A stretch of 64,000 nucleotides of DNA from positions 248,001-312,000 of the forward strand of contig AP026169.1 in NCBI GenBank assembly GCA_030295235.1. Reading direction: 5' to 3'. This document shows, in pieces, positions 24,439 through 38,506 of the stretch (its first letter is position 1; the number at the start of each line of letters is the position of its first letter). A program made the translations under genes and the position numbers. This stretch comes from Fistulifera solaris (taxonomy: Eukaryota). The notes under the pieces were generated by a model. That model did not search any database. It saw only the letters and a program-made list of their open reading frames with translations, and was not told where the DNA came from.

Positions 24439-25100
24439 TCAGCTCAGCAAAGAACTCCGAGCTTCTTCTGCATCGAACAAAGCCAGTTCGATAGCTTCTT
24501 TGGATGAAACAGCTGATAAACTTTCCGACAGCTGCGACAGATAACTTTGATTTTGGTGTGACAAAACTGTTTGCCGATATTTCTTTGCTTTATTCTGTTT
24601 CTGCTGGGCTAGGCCCGATTAAGCGTGAAATTCAACCCCGCGAATGGAGTCGGTGATGGGATTTAAGAACCCGTTACGAAACAATAAAATAACTTCATAC
24701 AACCGTTTCTTGACCAAGATATGTTCCAAAGGAGACATCCAAGCAGCATACAGGTCTTCTTTTGACGACATGCTTTCGTATACTCGATTCGCTTCCAAAT
24801 GAAAGCGAACGACTTGTCTTGAGTCGCTTCTTCGCATCGCTGACGTTTTGAAGCTACCAAGCTTCTCAGATCATCCAGTGGAGAAGCTTCATTTCTGCGC
24901 TTGCAGTACGAGCGGAGGTAAATCAATGAATCTTGTGCTGGTAAAATGGGCAGAGTAGCTACCTGCACGGTGGACGCTGCTGAGGTGGGTTTAGGTTTAA
25001 GCAGAGATGTGAGGCTGAGGTGTACATCCGGCTGGGAAGACACGGCGCGAGTTGATTTCAGAGTAAAAGCAGTTGAATTGCTTGCAATGGTAGGATTCAT
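24439..25100 (-). pseudogene. Member of a diatom-type hypothetical family (VRF...W...RGxE...VL..Q...A..DAEEA), with a frameshift and an in-frame TAA
   Basis: The frame VVRFHLEANRVY...AWM...IRGVEFHA*SGLAQQ...QTVLSHQ...ALFDAEEA continues past TAA at 24619-24621; frameshift near 24815. Confidence 0.5.
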
Positions 25101-25584
25101 TATTATAGGCAACATAGCTGATGATGGTGATAAAATTATGAATGAGCCATCCAGCGAAAGCGGAGGAACTGGGAAAGAGGCGAAACTGATAATGCAGAAA
25201 TCCGCAGACTGCATTTACAAGTATCGCCAATCTCGCGAAGCTCGCATTCAAGCCACGATTCAAGCATTCAAGGCGAAAACGGCACTCCGAGTTCCACAAT
25301 CCACAGTGGGGATGCGGTCGTTAAACGTTAAAGGTTAAAGTTGTCTGTTGTCTATAGTTGTCCGTTGTCAGTTGTCAGCCACTGAGTCACGGCGTATGTC
25401 GAAATGAGAACGAAGCCGCTAGTTGATGGTTAATTAAATGTTAAATTACTCCGAAATTCGAAAGCCGAAATAGGAAGTACTCGGAGTATGAAGTATCAAG
25501 TGTCCTCATAAAGAACACAAGGAACACTAGCGAATAATATCATAAATGCACAATGCACACTCCGTATTCCTATCGAAGATCGTA

Positions 25585-26717
25585 CTACCTCCGGGGGGCG
25601 ATAATTGGCCCAAACCCCTTACGCGATTCCCCCGTGTAAATCATTTCCTACTGACTTTCTACGTGAATCCACGTAGAGGAACAAGGACACACGGAAACTC
25701 AACGAACTCGATCGACCATGTCACAATCAACTGAAGGATGCATAAAATTAAGACGGAGCAACAACAAAGGATTATAACGATTGTCAATTGAAGCAAAGGG
25801 ATACTGGAGGCGTTCCTTGAGGGTTGTTTGGAAGTATTTTGCGAAAAGAACAGAGCGAACGCTGGTGTTTATCGGTGAACGACGGTGAGCAATGACGATC
25901 GCGAGGGCAAAGAGAGTTTGCTTCGCGAGACGCCTTCTCTGCCTTTTCCAACAGCCTTCCGAGGGCTCAAATAGTAACAATGCAGCAATCAGCAGCGTGA
26001 ACAGGTTTTGGGGATATTAAGGAGTGTTTATTGCCGCAAAACTCTATTCGAAAAACGATGACGACGGCACAACCAATGACGATGGACTTTTAATGCTTCG
26101 CCACGAAAAAGGCCCCAGTCTCGGCAAGTTGAACTATCAGATGCTTTATTGTGGAAGAAATCGCTCTTATTGGGGGTATTTAAGTTGAAATTGCTAGGCT
26201 TTTCAAACACCAAAACAATCAACGTTCGCCCTCCAAAGAATTGCATTGCTGACGAAAGGTTTCCATAGAGGCTTACATAGGTCCGTGTAATTGCGAGGAG
26301 AGAAGCGACAATCAATAGGAGGGGTGTCTATAGGCGGAGCCGACTTTTTGATGAGGAATTTTGTCATGACAGGATATATTGCTTGCATGGAGGACAGCAA
26401 CAAACACCTGCATCCGGCGTCGTCGTTGTCGTCCGTGTTGTGCTTCATCTTTCGGTCAAAACGAGAGAGAAAGACCGCGCCAGTGGACAAAACCGGGCAC
26501 AAGAACTAAAAAAAGGTTTTAAGGTCATGTTTACTTGCATTTATTCATATTGAATGGTTTGTATTGCCATGAAAATCACCATGGTGATGCCTCCATCGGT
26601 GTGTTAACACGTTGGTGACGGAGGGAAATTTTTGCCCCCTACGTAATATCACGTAGAATTTCAGTACAAAAAAATTACACGAGCCACCGTGGGCCCATTA
26701 TCGCCCCCCGGAGGTAG
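25585..26717. mobile_element. Tc1/mariner (Stowaway-like) non-autonomous TIR element, about 1.13 kb
   Basis: TIRs CTACCTCCGGGGGGCGATAATTGGCCCA and TGGGCCCATTATCGCCCCCCGGAGGTAG (one mismatch), flanked by TA on both sides (25583-25584, 26718-26719); further imperfect subterminal symmetry (CGTGTAA...TACTGA..TTCTACGTGA). Confidence 0.85.
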
Positions 26718-27180
26718 TACATTATACACTACCAGGTGCCAGGCAAACACGAAGCACGAGCTAGGTGCAAGGTGTAGGGACTATGGATTCTTCCAACGTC
26801 CATTCCGTCCAATATCACATTAGAAAGAAGTACTGGTACGTTGATGATTGCATTTCTCTTGCATCGTTCAGATACGTTACTAGTACGGGGTTGTTCATCA
26901 TCTTTTCTATGGTCTTGCGGCTCGTGTTTTCTTTGAACGCTAAAGCTGAGAGAAATATGCCAGTCATTCTTTAATCAAACGAGATGTGGAGGAGACTTCA
27001 GAGTTATGAGTGAACCAATAACCGTATTCCGTAAATGTTAACTGCGGAAGTTCCCGTTCCAGATTGGTGAAAAGTAAGGAGTGAGGGGCAGGAATTACTC
27101 CGTATGTTCATCAGCGGTCTATGATCCCATAAAAGGCTGGATGTTGAATTCCCGATGCTGGAAGAGAACTATGAAGCTAG

Positions 27181-29856
27181 CTACCCATCTAGGAGAATCA
27201 ACAACGAATCAGGGTTTTGCTTAGGTCGTGTTAAGTGCTTGAGCTGTATAGAACGTCGACATACAAGAGAATTTAGTGAAGATTGAATATCGACTAAATA
27301 GATTTTGGCTACATTGCTTATAGCTTTATAAACCCCAAGGGGAAATGGGTGTTGAAGTGGTAGCATTGGTAGTTCCTGTACACATGCTAATAGTCGACCC
27401 CCGTAGATTGTTGATGCAAAGTCGTCGTCACTGCTAGCACAACCGTCATTTGTTGAGGAATTCCCCAGTTCTTCCTTTTCCATTTTCAGCCGAAAGCAAA
27501 GAGCACTAAAACCTTCGAGTAAAACCTTGCACAAATCAGTGGAAAGCGCACTCATGTCCAGCGTTCGCTTATGAAAGATCAGACTCAGGCTCTTACTTGC
27601 CATGTTTTCTTTTGCATGCGTTCGCAGTACACTTGTTCCTGTTAATTTTCGTCTTGAGGGATCCTTGGTCCAAGCATGTCGAACTTCAATGCATTTTGTC
27701 AGATCTAGAATTGGACGCTTGCCTTTCACTTTTTCTCCTTCCAACGGTTTCCATGTTAAAGATTTGCCATCAGGAAGAAGGTAAAGGACCCTGTACTGGG
27801 ATTTGGACCATCGATTTCGGTTGTGTTTCATTATTGTTATTCCGTGTCGAAGACGAGCGACAAAGCACCGCACAATGAAATCAGATGCAAGCTTGCAGCC
27901 TTCAGCGGGGGTAAAGTTCGCCATCTTTTTCAATTTCGTGTTCTTTTTAGGAGAGTCGAGAATTTCTCTCATGTCAATGCAACCCGCTTCTAAAGATGCC
28001 CGACGCCGAGCACGTTGCTGAAAGCAATCAACTTCTTGTTGGACCGGCTCTTCGTACAAGCTTGAACCATAGCTGCGTTCAGAATTGTCGGAATCGTCCG
28101 ATTCAGATTCGCTCGCACTACTCGAGTCAGATTCCGAATTGTTGAAATCCAATTCTGCCCAACTACGATGAATGGAATCTTTCAAGGCATTCGATGATCT
28201 CCTAATTGCGGGTTTCGCTGGAAGTGCCGTCGTGAAGGGCTTTTGACGGAAACTTGTAGAAACATTAACCGTTGCTTTCTCAACGGGCTTCGAGTTTTCA
28301 AGCAGAAGCTCTGAATCTTCTTCTTCCTCATGCTTCTGCGCAAGAACATCTTCACGACGAGCCAAACCTAATGAATTTCGCACGGGCTCCTTCGCTTTCC
28401 CGTGTTGGCTTGTTTTGGATTGCTTGCTGTAAAAGCCGCTGCGACTGAGTAGGCTGTCAGGATCATCCAAATCGTCTTGAGCCTTCGCGTCGCCGTCTTT
28501 CTCTGGTTCTACTATGCAGCACGAGTTGCGTCGAGAAACCCGATTACTGGCGATACTAACGTCATCGTCACGGACCGAACTGCTATCGGCATCAGACTCA
28601 TACAACTCTGCTTTCATCTTAACTTTGCTACTGATCACATGATCCGGACGGATGATACAGCTATTGCGGCGGCGGGACGCACGCGAAGAAGCTTGACTTC
28701 TTGCGTCCGATTCGTAGTCCAGTCCAGCTTGACTGTCTTGATTAGCGAAACTGCGACTACTTTTACCTCCGTACCCGTAGCCGTAGTCAAGACTTGCCCT
28801 GTTTGAGCTCGTGTTACCAGCGTCCTTCTCATAATACAAATCATCCGATTCCGATTCGGAGTTTTCCAAGTCGGATTCGATGTCGATCGGGGATGAGGCG
28901 ATTTCATTCGGCAATCGCTGGCTTAGTCGTCGTGATCTGTGAGACGAAGCGCGGGACGAGGTGGAAGGTCGTCTACTGTAGGCTGATGGATGAGGCATTT
29001 GCGGTGTAGTGTACCCATAGCCATAACCAAGATTTTGGAAGGAGTCTTGACGTGAGTCTTCATCATCTTGGTGAAACTGACCGCTCATTCGACGATTCAT
29101 GCGAGCCAAAGCATCTTGATTGATTCCCTTGTTCGCAACAGGAGATAGAGCGGCCTTAATTTCTTCTGCGGACATCGCTGGTAGACATGACTTGACAGTT
29201 TCTGGGCTTTGAGGGTGACCTGCGTACGGATCGATATTGTACGGGTCACCAGAAAAGGAAGCTCGACGTCCAGCCTTCGGTTTTGTGTACTTCACTTTAT
29301 CCACGTGAAATCCATTTGCACTGATGCCTCCCGACAAGCTGGCCCGCCGGCCACTGTAAGCTGAGCCTAAATAATCAGTGCTATACATCCCACCGGAAGC
29401 ACTGGCTCTCCGACCTTTAGGATGCACACCACTCGACAAACTGACACGTCTCGTTACCTGCGCCGAAGACATATTTAGGCTAGCGCGACGCGGTCGAGAA
29501 TCGAAGCCAGGATTTCCTGAAAGACTTGATCGGCGCTTACTGCTTCCCATCGACGCTCTTCGACTCGACTTCAAGGACGCTCGTCTTTGCGCACGCGCTA
29601 GAGCTTTCGATTCTCCGACGTCGTCATCGTCGTCGTATCCGTCCTCGTAATCCTCGCAGCGTCGTTTGTGACTACGCGTCGATTTGATCGATACTACGCT
29701 CCGGTCATCCAGACTCTGACCTGGAAGGCGTGTGGAACGAGGAGCTCCGTATCCGTACATCATCTTTGCAGCTAGCGGGTCGGATTCCGAAGCTTCGGTT
29801 GTATCTTCGTCATCCTCTAACGATCTTAAAGCTTGTGAACCGGTAGCAATTCTCAT
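27181..29856 (-). CDS. Large Ser/Arg-rich disordered protein with a C-terminal PLC-type PH domain
   Basis: Many RRxS motifs; LRHGITIMKH...RVLYLLPDGKSLTW...IEVRH...SLSLIFHKRTLDMSA...LLEGFSAL fits a PH fold. The extreme C-terminus may be out of frame. Confidence 0.75.
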   Translation of the reverse strand: MRIATGSQALRSLEDDEDTTEASESDPLAAKMMYGYGAPRSTRLPGQSLDDRSVVSIKSTRSHKRRCEDYEDGYDDDDDVGESKALARAQRRASLKSSRRASMGSSKRRSSLSGNPGFDSRPRRASLNMSSAQVTRRVSLSSGVHPKGRRASASGGMYSTDYLGSAYSGRRASLSGGISANGFHVDKVKYTKPKAGRRASFSGDPYNIDPYAGHPQSPETVKSCLPAMSAEEIKAALSPVANKGINQDALARMNRRMSGQFHQDDEDSRQDSFQNLGYGYGYTTPQMPHPSAYSRRPSTSSRASSHRSRRLSQRLPNEIASSPIDIESDLENSESESDDLYYEKDAGNTSSNRASLDYGYGYGGKSSRSFANQDSQAGLDYESDARSQASSRASRRRNSCIIRPDHVISSKVKMKAELYESDADSSSVRDDDVSIASNRVSRRNSCCIVEPEKDGDAKAQDDLDDPDSLLSRSGFYSKQSKTSQHGKAKEPVRNSLGLARREDVLAQKHEEEEDSELLLENSKPVEKATVNVSTSFRQKPFTTALPAKPAIRRSSNALKDSIHRSWAELDFNNSESDSSSASESESDDSDNSERSYGSSLYEEPVQQEVDCFQQRARRRASLEAGCIDMREILDSPKKNTKLKKMANFTPAEGCKLASDFIVRCFVARLRHGITIMKHNRNRWSKSQYRVLYLLPDGKSLTWKPLEGEKVKGKRPILDLTKCIEVRHAWTKDPSRRKLTGTSVLRTHAKENMASKSLSLIFHKRTLDMSALSTDLCKVLLEGFSALCFRLKMEKEELGNSSTNDGCASSDDDFASTIYGGRLLACVQELPMLPLQHPFPLGVYKAISNVAKIYLVDIQSSLNSLVCRRSIQLKHLTRPKQNPDSLLILLDG

Positions 29857-30642
29857 TATTGTTTGTCACTTTGGCTCGAGAAAGGAAGCTTCCATGTGAC
29901 TCCAAATCCTCTTCTCTTGTTGTTTGAGTTTTTTTTGGCGTTTGCGCAACTTCTTGGTCTTGACCTTGTCTACACCGAAGTCTCCCTTCCAGTTTCAGAA
30001 ATCTCACCACACCTTTTCCGATTTTTCGATAGTATCAAACTGACGAAGAGGAGGCCAAAGAAGCTCGTAGGGTCTTATTGTGTTTTTACGATAAACTTGT
30101 AAAAACTGATGTCCAGAACATCTTGTTGCGGTGATCTCGCAAGGCATGTCATGAGTCACGAGTCAAGAGACACTCACTTTCGACTGTAGACATTAGCTAC
30201 TTTGAATTGGAAGCGGTAGTACGTTATTCTAGTTACACCAAGACCTATTGTACAGCAGTAGACGAATGACCACTAGGTACTCATGTCTCATGTGAATGAA
30301 TACAGAATGTGCATTTGAACGTGTATCCAGTGACACGCTGCCGGACGAACAGAAAGCAAAGGGCCTATCTACTGACACCCTACACATTTTTCTACACCGC
30401 ACACCGCTACCGGCAGCAAGGAAGCAAGTTCCCAAAATTCCCGTCCGTCCGTCATCCGTTGTCTCATGTTTCGCGACAATCACCTTTTTGTCTATCACAT
30501 CACCGTCTTCACAACTTGAGTCATGAAGGTCAACTAACTATGGTGGCTGCTTAAAGTTTGGCATATTCTTGTAAAACGGAATAGACAGGAGATTGGAAAT
30601 ATGATATTCGACAGAGAGTTATAGAATACTCGATTATATTAT

Positions 30643-32807
<2,165 letters not shown>

Positions 32808-33636
32808 GTTTTTGTTTGTTGTGATAAATGCGTGAGTTGTGTCGAAAGATTCGCTTTGAGAGCGCAAAAGTAAAGCAGTGTTGGCGATGCTGATGCCGAA
32901 GAAGACTTTTTTCGCGAAGGTGGATGAACGGTCGGCCATCGAGAAAGCAAAAAGGACGCGTTATGGGAGATGACGTAAGCGTATGACGTACGTATGCGAA
33001 TGAGAAGACGGACGATGTCGCAGCACCAATGCTCAGTCCTCCCGGCACAATTACGGAGTAGTTGTCTACTTTGTACAAATTAGCTACTTTGCAGATAAAC
33101 ATCTCTTCATCCTCATTATAACTCATGATTACGATGTCAACGGTCCTCTATACCTTGGCGTAAAAATCTACATGAGCAGTTTGGTTCGGATATATTGCCC
33201 ATTTTTTTCTCAATGTCAGCAGTATACTTTGTACCTCGTACGGGATGATTCACGCCACTGCGTCACTACCAAACATGTTACGGAGTAATGCATAAAATCC
33301 GATGCTACGGAGAAGCTAGGAATGCAAATACTTGTACCTTTCAGCTTTTATCCGTGGACTTGGAACTACGCTCTTGCTGTGGCCGACAAACAGACGGAGA
33401 TGTCGGCACTCGGCACTCAGGACTACGGCACGACTGACTCTTTTCCATTCGTCGGAGTATCACGGGGACTTCGTTTTAGTGTGCATCAGTATGTTGCATC
33501 ACACGTTTGACGAAAGATTTTTGGCGCGCCTCTCCGCATTCAATCAAAAGGAGCACATCGTATCAACAACTCTATGCATCCACTACATCACAACCATCAT
33601 TATCTATCATTCCACAACAAAAGCGAACATCTCATC

Positions 33637-33909
33637 ATGACAAAGTTCAACATTCTTCTTCTGCTTGTCGTCGTCTTGGGAACATCAAGCGCTAGTGTGA
33701 AGAGCGATGAGTCGATACGAATACTCCAAAAGAGTGGATACATTGAAACATCCACACCAGGACGGATTGTCAGCCTGAGTCGTCGATCCATTGCCTTTTA
33801 CTCGGAAGCTGCATGGCCAGAACGCTTAGAAAGGGGGAGTTTTGGTGGGATCTGCCTTTGTACAAAAAACCGGAAAAGGCATCATCTTACTAAGCTGGCA
33901 AATCATTAA
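33637..33909 (+). CDS. Possible small secreted protein
   Basis: MTKFNILLLLVVVLGTSSA resembles a signal peptide and follows an A/C-rich 5'-UTR-like stretch. No homology recognised. Confidence 0.3.
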   Translation: MTKFNILLLLVVVLGTSSASVKSDESIRILQKSGYIETSTPGRIVSLSRRSIAFYSEAAWPERLERGSFGGICLCTKNRKRHHLTKLANH

Positions 33910-34147
33910 GCTACGCAAATAGAATAGATCACACATAGAGTGAAAAAACATAAATATAAATTTTATGCACAGAATTTGTACCAAAGCAAATAGCATTGTG
34001 CTGCTGTCATTGAATCTAAGAGACGAGTTAATATGCTGGTAAAATCGCAAAGGGGCGCTTGTCGGGTTTTCTTTGTCGAGAAAGCATGTCTAATCTCCAG
34101 CTTGGCTGAAAGAAAACGTAGATTGGCATGCGTTGCGGCAAAGTTCA

Positions 34148-37100
34148 TTACCAAAGAGTATAGCCTTGAAAAATTTTAATACACCGGCAAATGAGATGAA
34201 CTATAGCTTTCTGATAGAAAATAAATAGCAGCCTCAACGGCTGCTTTTCCTCAATCCCCCCAAAACTATTTTCATCGAGCTGGATTTCTTTTTTTACTAG
34301 CAGGTTCAAATCTCTGCATGCGGACTGCTTTCGTAGAACTCCGTTAAATCCTGTTGGTGGTTGTACGACGGATGATAGGTCAAGTGGGTCGGGCATGTCA
34401 AAGTCACACAAGAGAAACACATTTCTTTGTTCATTGACGCGATTCCTGCCTTCCCAGTTACGAAAGTCGGCGATACACTTCGATGCTGTGACATCAGATA
34501 GGTCTTCATCAATAAGAACTGCATCCCAGTTGCGCATCTTCAATAATCGAATTGCATCTTGACCACTGTCTATGGAAACGACTTTCCAGCCTGTCGACTC
34601 TAATACCTTGACCGCGTCGGCCGTCACGGGCGATTCGCTTTCCATTGCAATAAGACATACAGGCAACGATGGGTTGGCTTTCTGTTCTACTTCCGTTTTG
34701 GATCTTTTACTTGTACGTGCGGTACTTTTGCTTTTTTCAAAAACGCGCTTGGCAGAGCATTTTACGTCATTCGTCGGCGAGGGGCGAGCTAGAGAAGCTG
34801 GATGGCTAGGGATGCTTTCCTTCTTTGTTTCCTTTCGGCGCTGCTCCTCCGGTTCCGTGGATAACCCGTCTAAAAGCCTGGTACTTGCTATGACTGCTTC
34901 ACAATCTTGCAATTCAATCAATGTTTTGATGCTGATCGGCTTCGACCGGAAATCATCCATTCCGGCGTCGATTCCCTGATCGCTGTCTTTCACACTCACA
35001 TGGGCACTTATACCAATTATTGGCTGTCGATGAGTTGGACGATTCTCCTTTTCCCACTCTCGATATTGCTTGACACAATCCAACCCATCCATAACGGGCA
35101 TCAGAAAGTCACAGAGAACCATATCAAACATTGTTTCTTTCATCGCTTCCAAACCTTCCAACCCGTTGACAGCCTGCCTCACTTCGTCGTATCCTAGCTT
35201 GCTAAGAGCACGCACAAGGCCTTTCCGAACAACAAGACTATCTTCGATGACCAATGATCGCTTCTGACGAGGGACGGACTCGATTTGTTCGGGAATAGCG
35301 TCGGCTGGTGTTGGAATTGGATCAATTGCGGATTGCCTTAGAGGAACCATATTCACGTTTTGAACGAATAAGGAAGGCAATCCATCTGCACGCGGCTTTG
35401 CCTGTGCATACTCCATATCGAATACGGCATTGGCATAGCTTTCAGCCGGCCGCTGGTATTGCATTTGAGTTCCAAACGAATGCCACGATGCGGCTCTTGG
35501 TGTTGCCACGCCGACTGCTGGAACCATTCCTCGTCGCGCGTAAAATGATGGTTCCGGATCTTGTGCTGAATACAAGCTGTTGTGCGATGAGTAGATGCTG
35601 CTGTTGCTTCCACTACGTAGCATCAATGGAACGAAAAAGTCATGATTTGAAGGGGTACGCTTGGTTCGCTTGCGAGATGCAAAGAAACTGCGACTGCTGT
35701 TGGATCCACTTTTCCGTAACCCAGCGTTCTTGAGGCGTACACTATGCACGTTCTGTTCGAGGTCAATGTCCGAAAAATCTTCGTTGAGTTGAAGCGAAAA
35801 GGAAAAAACGCTGCCGTTGTTCGGCTTGCCGTCATCTTCGGCAAGTGACATGCTTCGTGGTCTAAAGTTGTACTCTCCGTCCATTGACTTAATCAAACTC
35901 GCCACACTGCTTAAAGCTAGTAGCAAAGCGTGGTGCTCATCCTTGTCAGCGGGGCTATTGGTTGCTTGAAATAGATACGGATATAGTTCGACCGGTACAT
36001 CGGGCGCAGAGTCCTCACACTCAAACACAAGCAATGTCTTCTCGAAATCATCAGTACATTTTTTTAGGAAAATACGCAAATGCACGCTCCCCCGTTCTGT
36101 TCGTTCAGTGGCACTGGATAGCAAGTTTAGCGCAGCGCGAAATAACCTCAGATCATCGCAGCGGACTGTAGCTGGAACGGCAGGATCGAGAGAAATGACC
36201 AAGGGGACTGATTTCGGGATGGGTTCCATGATAAGCTTGAGACTCTTTACTAGATCCACTATGTTGGTGAGTGACGCAGCACCTTTCGTTTGTGAATCAG
36301 CGAGAGGACTGGCCAAATCTATTTTGTCATGTGATAGTGTTTGTTGACGCAAACTGTCAATGGCCGTTTCACAAATACGTATTGTCAAGTCGGAACAGGA
36401 AGTTGCCGTGGTCAAGAGTTCCATTTGGTGATCATTGAGTAAGGAACACACTTGCTCGTCGTCGGCTAATAGAGATAACGATAGCTGAACTCCTGACAAG
36501 GGGGTCATGAGATCATGAGCAGCGTATGCAATTAGTTTTGCAGGGTCTTCTTTATGAATGTGTTGCTGGAGTCGCCGTTGATCGACGACGGCTTGGATCG
36601 CAATAGCCGCTAGATCTGCCAGGTGTTCCATTTGTGAATCCGTCAACAAATGTTCCCGAGTGTTTGAATCCATAAGGCAAAAAGTGCCGAGCTGTATTAG
36701 TGAAAGAAAAGGACACGTATTAGGAAGAGGAAAGTCGAAACGCGCGTGATGTTTTTAGTACCTACTTTGTATCCTTCGGGTGATATCAGTGCCGCGGCTG
36801 CGTAAAATCCTACATCTGTTCTTCCGGAATACTCAGGATACTCGGCGACATTTTTTTAATTGTAGGGTGTTGAGAGTAGGGGACTGGACAAGATGCGTGC
36901 AGATGGGAAGCGCTGTCATGGGTCTAGCCTTATCGTGTCGTGCTAAAAAATACTGTTTGCCAAGATCAACCAACGATATCACAGCAGTAGACACGTCAAA
37001 CATTCGAGTCGCAAGTTGCACCATTCTTTCTAAATGCGGATGATGCTCGACATCCAGGTAGCTCTTCATCACTTTAAGGCGGTGCAGCTCATCCTTCATC

Positions 37101-37330
37101 GACTGAACTCCTCCTTCTCCTTCTCCTTCCCCGTCAGCTTTTAAGATATTAGAATCACTCATACTCTTTTCTGTGTCAGTTTCATGTTTCCTTTCGTTTA
37201 GGATTCGATTATAATGTCGACGTTTCACGGCATTTGAGTTTTGAGGTCGGCTGTCGGCTCTCTCATCGTCGCCTGAGCACCTTTTGTCGTTCGGAGAAGA
37301 ATGAACGGGTCGAGGAAAGGACCGCCGCAT
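34148..37330 (-). CDS. Hybrid sensor histidine kinase-like protein: GAF-HisKA-HATPase-like-REC-REC
   Basis: GAF (LATRMFDVSTAVISLVD...ICTH...FYAAAALISPEGYK|LGTFCLMD; intron 36765-36692; indel near 36855); H-box AHDLMTPLSG; N-box-like RAALNLLSSA; REC1 IEDS...CDFLMPVMDG...ISA...KP; degenerate REC2. Confidence 0.88.
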
Positions 37331-37747
37331 TGTTTTGAGAAAAAGTAGCTTGAAGCGGTATTGGTAGTATACATCCAACAAGTACAGAGGGCATTTGGCC
37401 TAAACCACCTTAAATTAGAAGATGATGTATGTGAAATGTGAACTGAACCTGGGTTAACGGTTTACGTACTCTTTACGTATTATCAACAAAATCAAAGTAC
37501 TGTCTACTTTACACATTGGTCATGTCAACAATATCGCAGAGGTACCTGTATCTGCAGCACAAAATTTCAATGACGATGATAATTCAATACCCCGTAATAA
37601 ACATCAAGCATGTTTTTTACATAATAAGGATGTTTTCGTACATATTTTACTATACGTCCTTGTCTTTAAATGTGATTTAGGCCAAACTAAGACGGACCGC
37701 GGAGTAACTCTTTGTAAAACCAGAAAACACTTAGAAGATTGTACACT

Positions 37748-38506
37748 CACGTAGGCCCTCGTAGAGAAATGAACGAAGCCAAGGTGCGTTCCCTTTTCCC
37801 TTGTCTCCCCCTCCCCCGTACAAAGTAATCACATCGCTTATCGCCGTCGAACTTCAAGTTGATGTTCTGTTTGGGGCGCGACAGCATAAATTTTGAGTTC
37901 GGATTGCGGCTTGTGACTTGTGACTTGTGACTCATGGCTCGTGGCTCATGGCTGGTGTCAGCTGTCAGCAGTCATGACAGTACAATACCTGGTAATGCCA
38001 ATAGGCTCAGATTAAACACAAAACGGACAAGTGTCCTAGCGCTTATTCATAACAACACTAGCATTTATTCCCAAGTTCCTAAAAGTCAGCATGCAATTTT
38101 GACATTCGACTTATTTTTCCTTTGTTCTTTTCAACTTTCTCACAAATATTTCAATCTGGCACTCTGCTCTCTGCTGAGTAAGCTCTAGAGTCAATGCCTG
38201 TTCCTTTTCCCAGAACGTGCGGGGAAAGGGGAAACAGTGTGGGTTCACGTTGGCCCCCGTAGAGAAATGTACCAAGCAGAGGTGCGTTGCCATGTCTCTC
38301 CCCTGAAGTTTCCTTGCAGGTTGTCTCGATGCTGAAACAGCAATCGCTTTTTTGAGTTTTGTACTCCAGACTCCAGACTCCAGTTCACTTTTTCTGTAGT
38401 GCGAAATGCGAAACGGGAAATCGCGAAATCTTCAACATCGCGGAATAATCCTGGGAGACACGGGAACGCACCTCTGCTTGGTACATTTCTCTACGGGGGA
38501 AACGTG
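37748..38506. repeat. Three copies of a roughly 50-bp motif: one perfect 35-bp inverted pair plus a diverged direct copy
   Basis: CCCCCGTAGAGAAATGTACCAAGCAGAGGTGCGTT (38254-38288) with its exact reverse complement at 38465-38499; diverged copy at 37748-37793. Confidence 0.85.

Noticed and set aside
25699..26509. Transposase within the TIR element
   Set aside because: The short ORFs show no HTH or DDD/E motifs that I can recognise.
36690..37100. Phytochrome or other photoreceptor
   Set aside because: A single GAF domain without PAS/PHY domains or the DIP motif.
37748..38506. CRISPR-like array
   Set aside because: Only three copies, one inverted, with irregular spacing, no cas genes and a eukaryotic context.
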